A DNA stretch of 63,744 bases, the filler included, from Octopus bimaculoides (lineage: Eukaryota): NCBI RefSeq assembly GCF_001194135.2. It is 5 parts of 5 records of this genome, joined end to end, with 100 filler letters (N's around TTAATTAATTAA, not from the genome) between each part and the next. Parts side by side here need not be neighbours in the genome. Positions count along the whole stretch, not along the records: positions 62,634 to 63,744 come from NW_026424566.1; 4 more parts are not named here. One strand, given 5' to 3'. Within the stretch, counting starts at the first letter, position 1. Each line of letters starts with the position of its first letter. The notes under the pieces are model-generated. The model was not told where the DNA came from. It ran no database searches and saw only the letters and a program-made list of their open reading frames with translations. The translations under genes were made by a program, and so were the position numbers. This document shows positions 62,534-63,744 of this stretch, piece after piece.

Positions 62534-62633
62534 NNNNNNNNNNNNNNNNNNNNNNNNNNNNNNNNNNNNNNNNNNNNTTAATTAATTAANNNNNNNNNNN
62601 NNNNNNNNNNNNNNNNNNNNNNNNNNNNNNNNN
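62534..62633. other. Synthetic scaffold linker N44-TTAATTAATTAA-N44
   Basis: Exact 44+12+44 layout. Confidence 0.95.
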
Positions 62634-62819
62634 TACCAGGCAATCAGTTTGCAGAATGCCGTTTCCCTCTTCAGAAAAATCCAATTATGGAGAACGTAGA
62701 CAGTTTCTGCACCAATGATTCGACAACATGGTCGCCTCAACTAAGACAGGCCTCTTCAGCTAATACATGCAGTTTTGAAGGTGTATATACACATTATACA
62801 CACGTTTCTAAAGACTTCG

Positions 62820-63386
62820 TTCAATACACATATACACACATAAACACATATACACATATACGCATATAAACACATGCACACATATTCACACACACATATA
62901 TACATATATATAGACACATATTCGAATATACACGCACATATATATATACACATATTCGCATATATAACTATACACACACACACACGTATATATATATATA
63001 CACACATAAATATATATACACATATATATATGTGCATATATATATATATATTCGCATATACACACATATGTATATACATATATATATACCCATGTACATA
63101 CATATACATATACATACCCATATGCACATATACATATATACATACACATATTTATACACATATACACATAGTGAAATAGACACATATATACACACAAAAA
63201 TGCACATGTACATATATACACATATACATGCATGTACATAGACGCACACACATATACACTTAGATACATACGTATATACACATATACACACTTGTGAACT
63301 TACATATATACACACACATATAAACATATATACATATATATACAGATGCATTGGTAAATGCGACACACACATACAAGGAAAAACAT

Positions 63387-63417
<31 letters not shown>

Positions 63418-63707
63418 CACATATATGCATAAGTGTGTGTATATAATGTGCATGCATGCGTGTATGCATACATACGTGGGTACGTACGTGTGAGGGTGTG
63501 CGCGTTTATGTGTGTATGAAACAAGATGGAATCGATAATGCGTATTTCAGTGTATATACATACACACGCATGTGTGTGTATATATGTGAATGTGCTTGTA
63601 CTGTATCTGTGTGTTTATCAGAAATTAAATGTATGTGAGCGCGCACATGTGTGTGTGTGTGTGTGTGTCTGCATATATATATATACACTCGCACACGTAC
63701 ATACATT

Positions 63708-63744
<37 letters not shown>
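62820..63744. repeat. Degenerate (TA)/(CA)/(TG) dinucleotide field
   Basis: Direct reading; source of the many Tyr/Ile/Cys/Val ORFs. Confidence 0.9.

Noticed and set aside
1-63744. CRISPR arrays, rRNA or prokaryotic operons
   Set aside because: No repeat-spacer periodicity or rRNA-like sequence; spliceosomal exons and SINEs show eukaryotic DNA.

Overview
Gap-rich, microsatellite-dense, AT-rich animal genomic DNA. The repeat landscape (tRNA-derived SINEs, Penelope-like elements, dense (TA)/(CA)/(GA)/(TATG) tracts) best fits an octopus or other cephalopod genome; this is inference, not a database result. The only host gene supported is a secretin-like (class B1) GPCR on the + strand. Three exons (31474-31600, 37327-37483, 41444-41574) splice in frame and encode ICL1-TM2-TM3-TM4-ECL2-TM5; no other exons were found. 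The rest is mostly transposon relics: at least four SINE families (my labels A-D), Penelope-like elements (PLEs) of two types, two gag-like LINE ORF1 elements, LINE 3' fragments, DD36E and DD37D Tc1/mariner pseudogenes, a short solo LTR and foldback elements. The most notable observations: (i) a ~7.4 kb degenerate palindrome (49.7-57.1 kb) centred on a PLE, with nested insertions datable arm against arm; (ii) an ORF1-only (HAL1-like) retroelement with a 17-bp TSD, sitting just downstream of a solo LTR TATA box, whose 3' tail matches the tail of SINE family D; (iii) minimal hammerhead-ribozyme-like motifs with a variant core; (iv) an E2F/YY1/NRF1/ETS promoter-like cluster with a 37-codon ORF. 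Nearly all ORFs in the supplied track are microsatellite or N-gap artefacts. Four identical N44-TTAATTAATTAA-N44 blocks are scaffold linkers.
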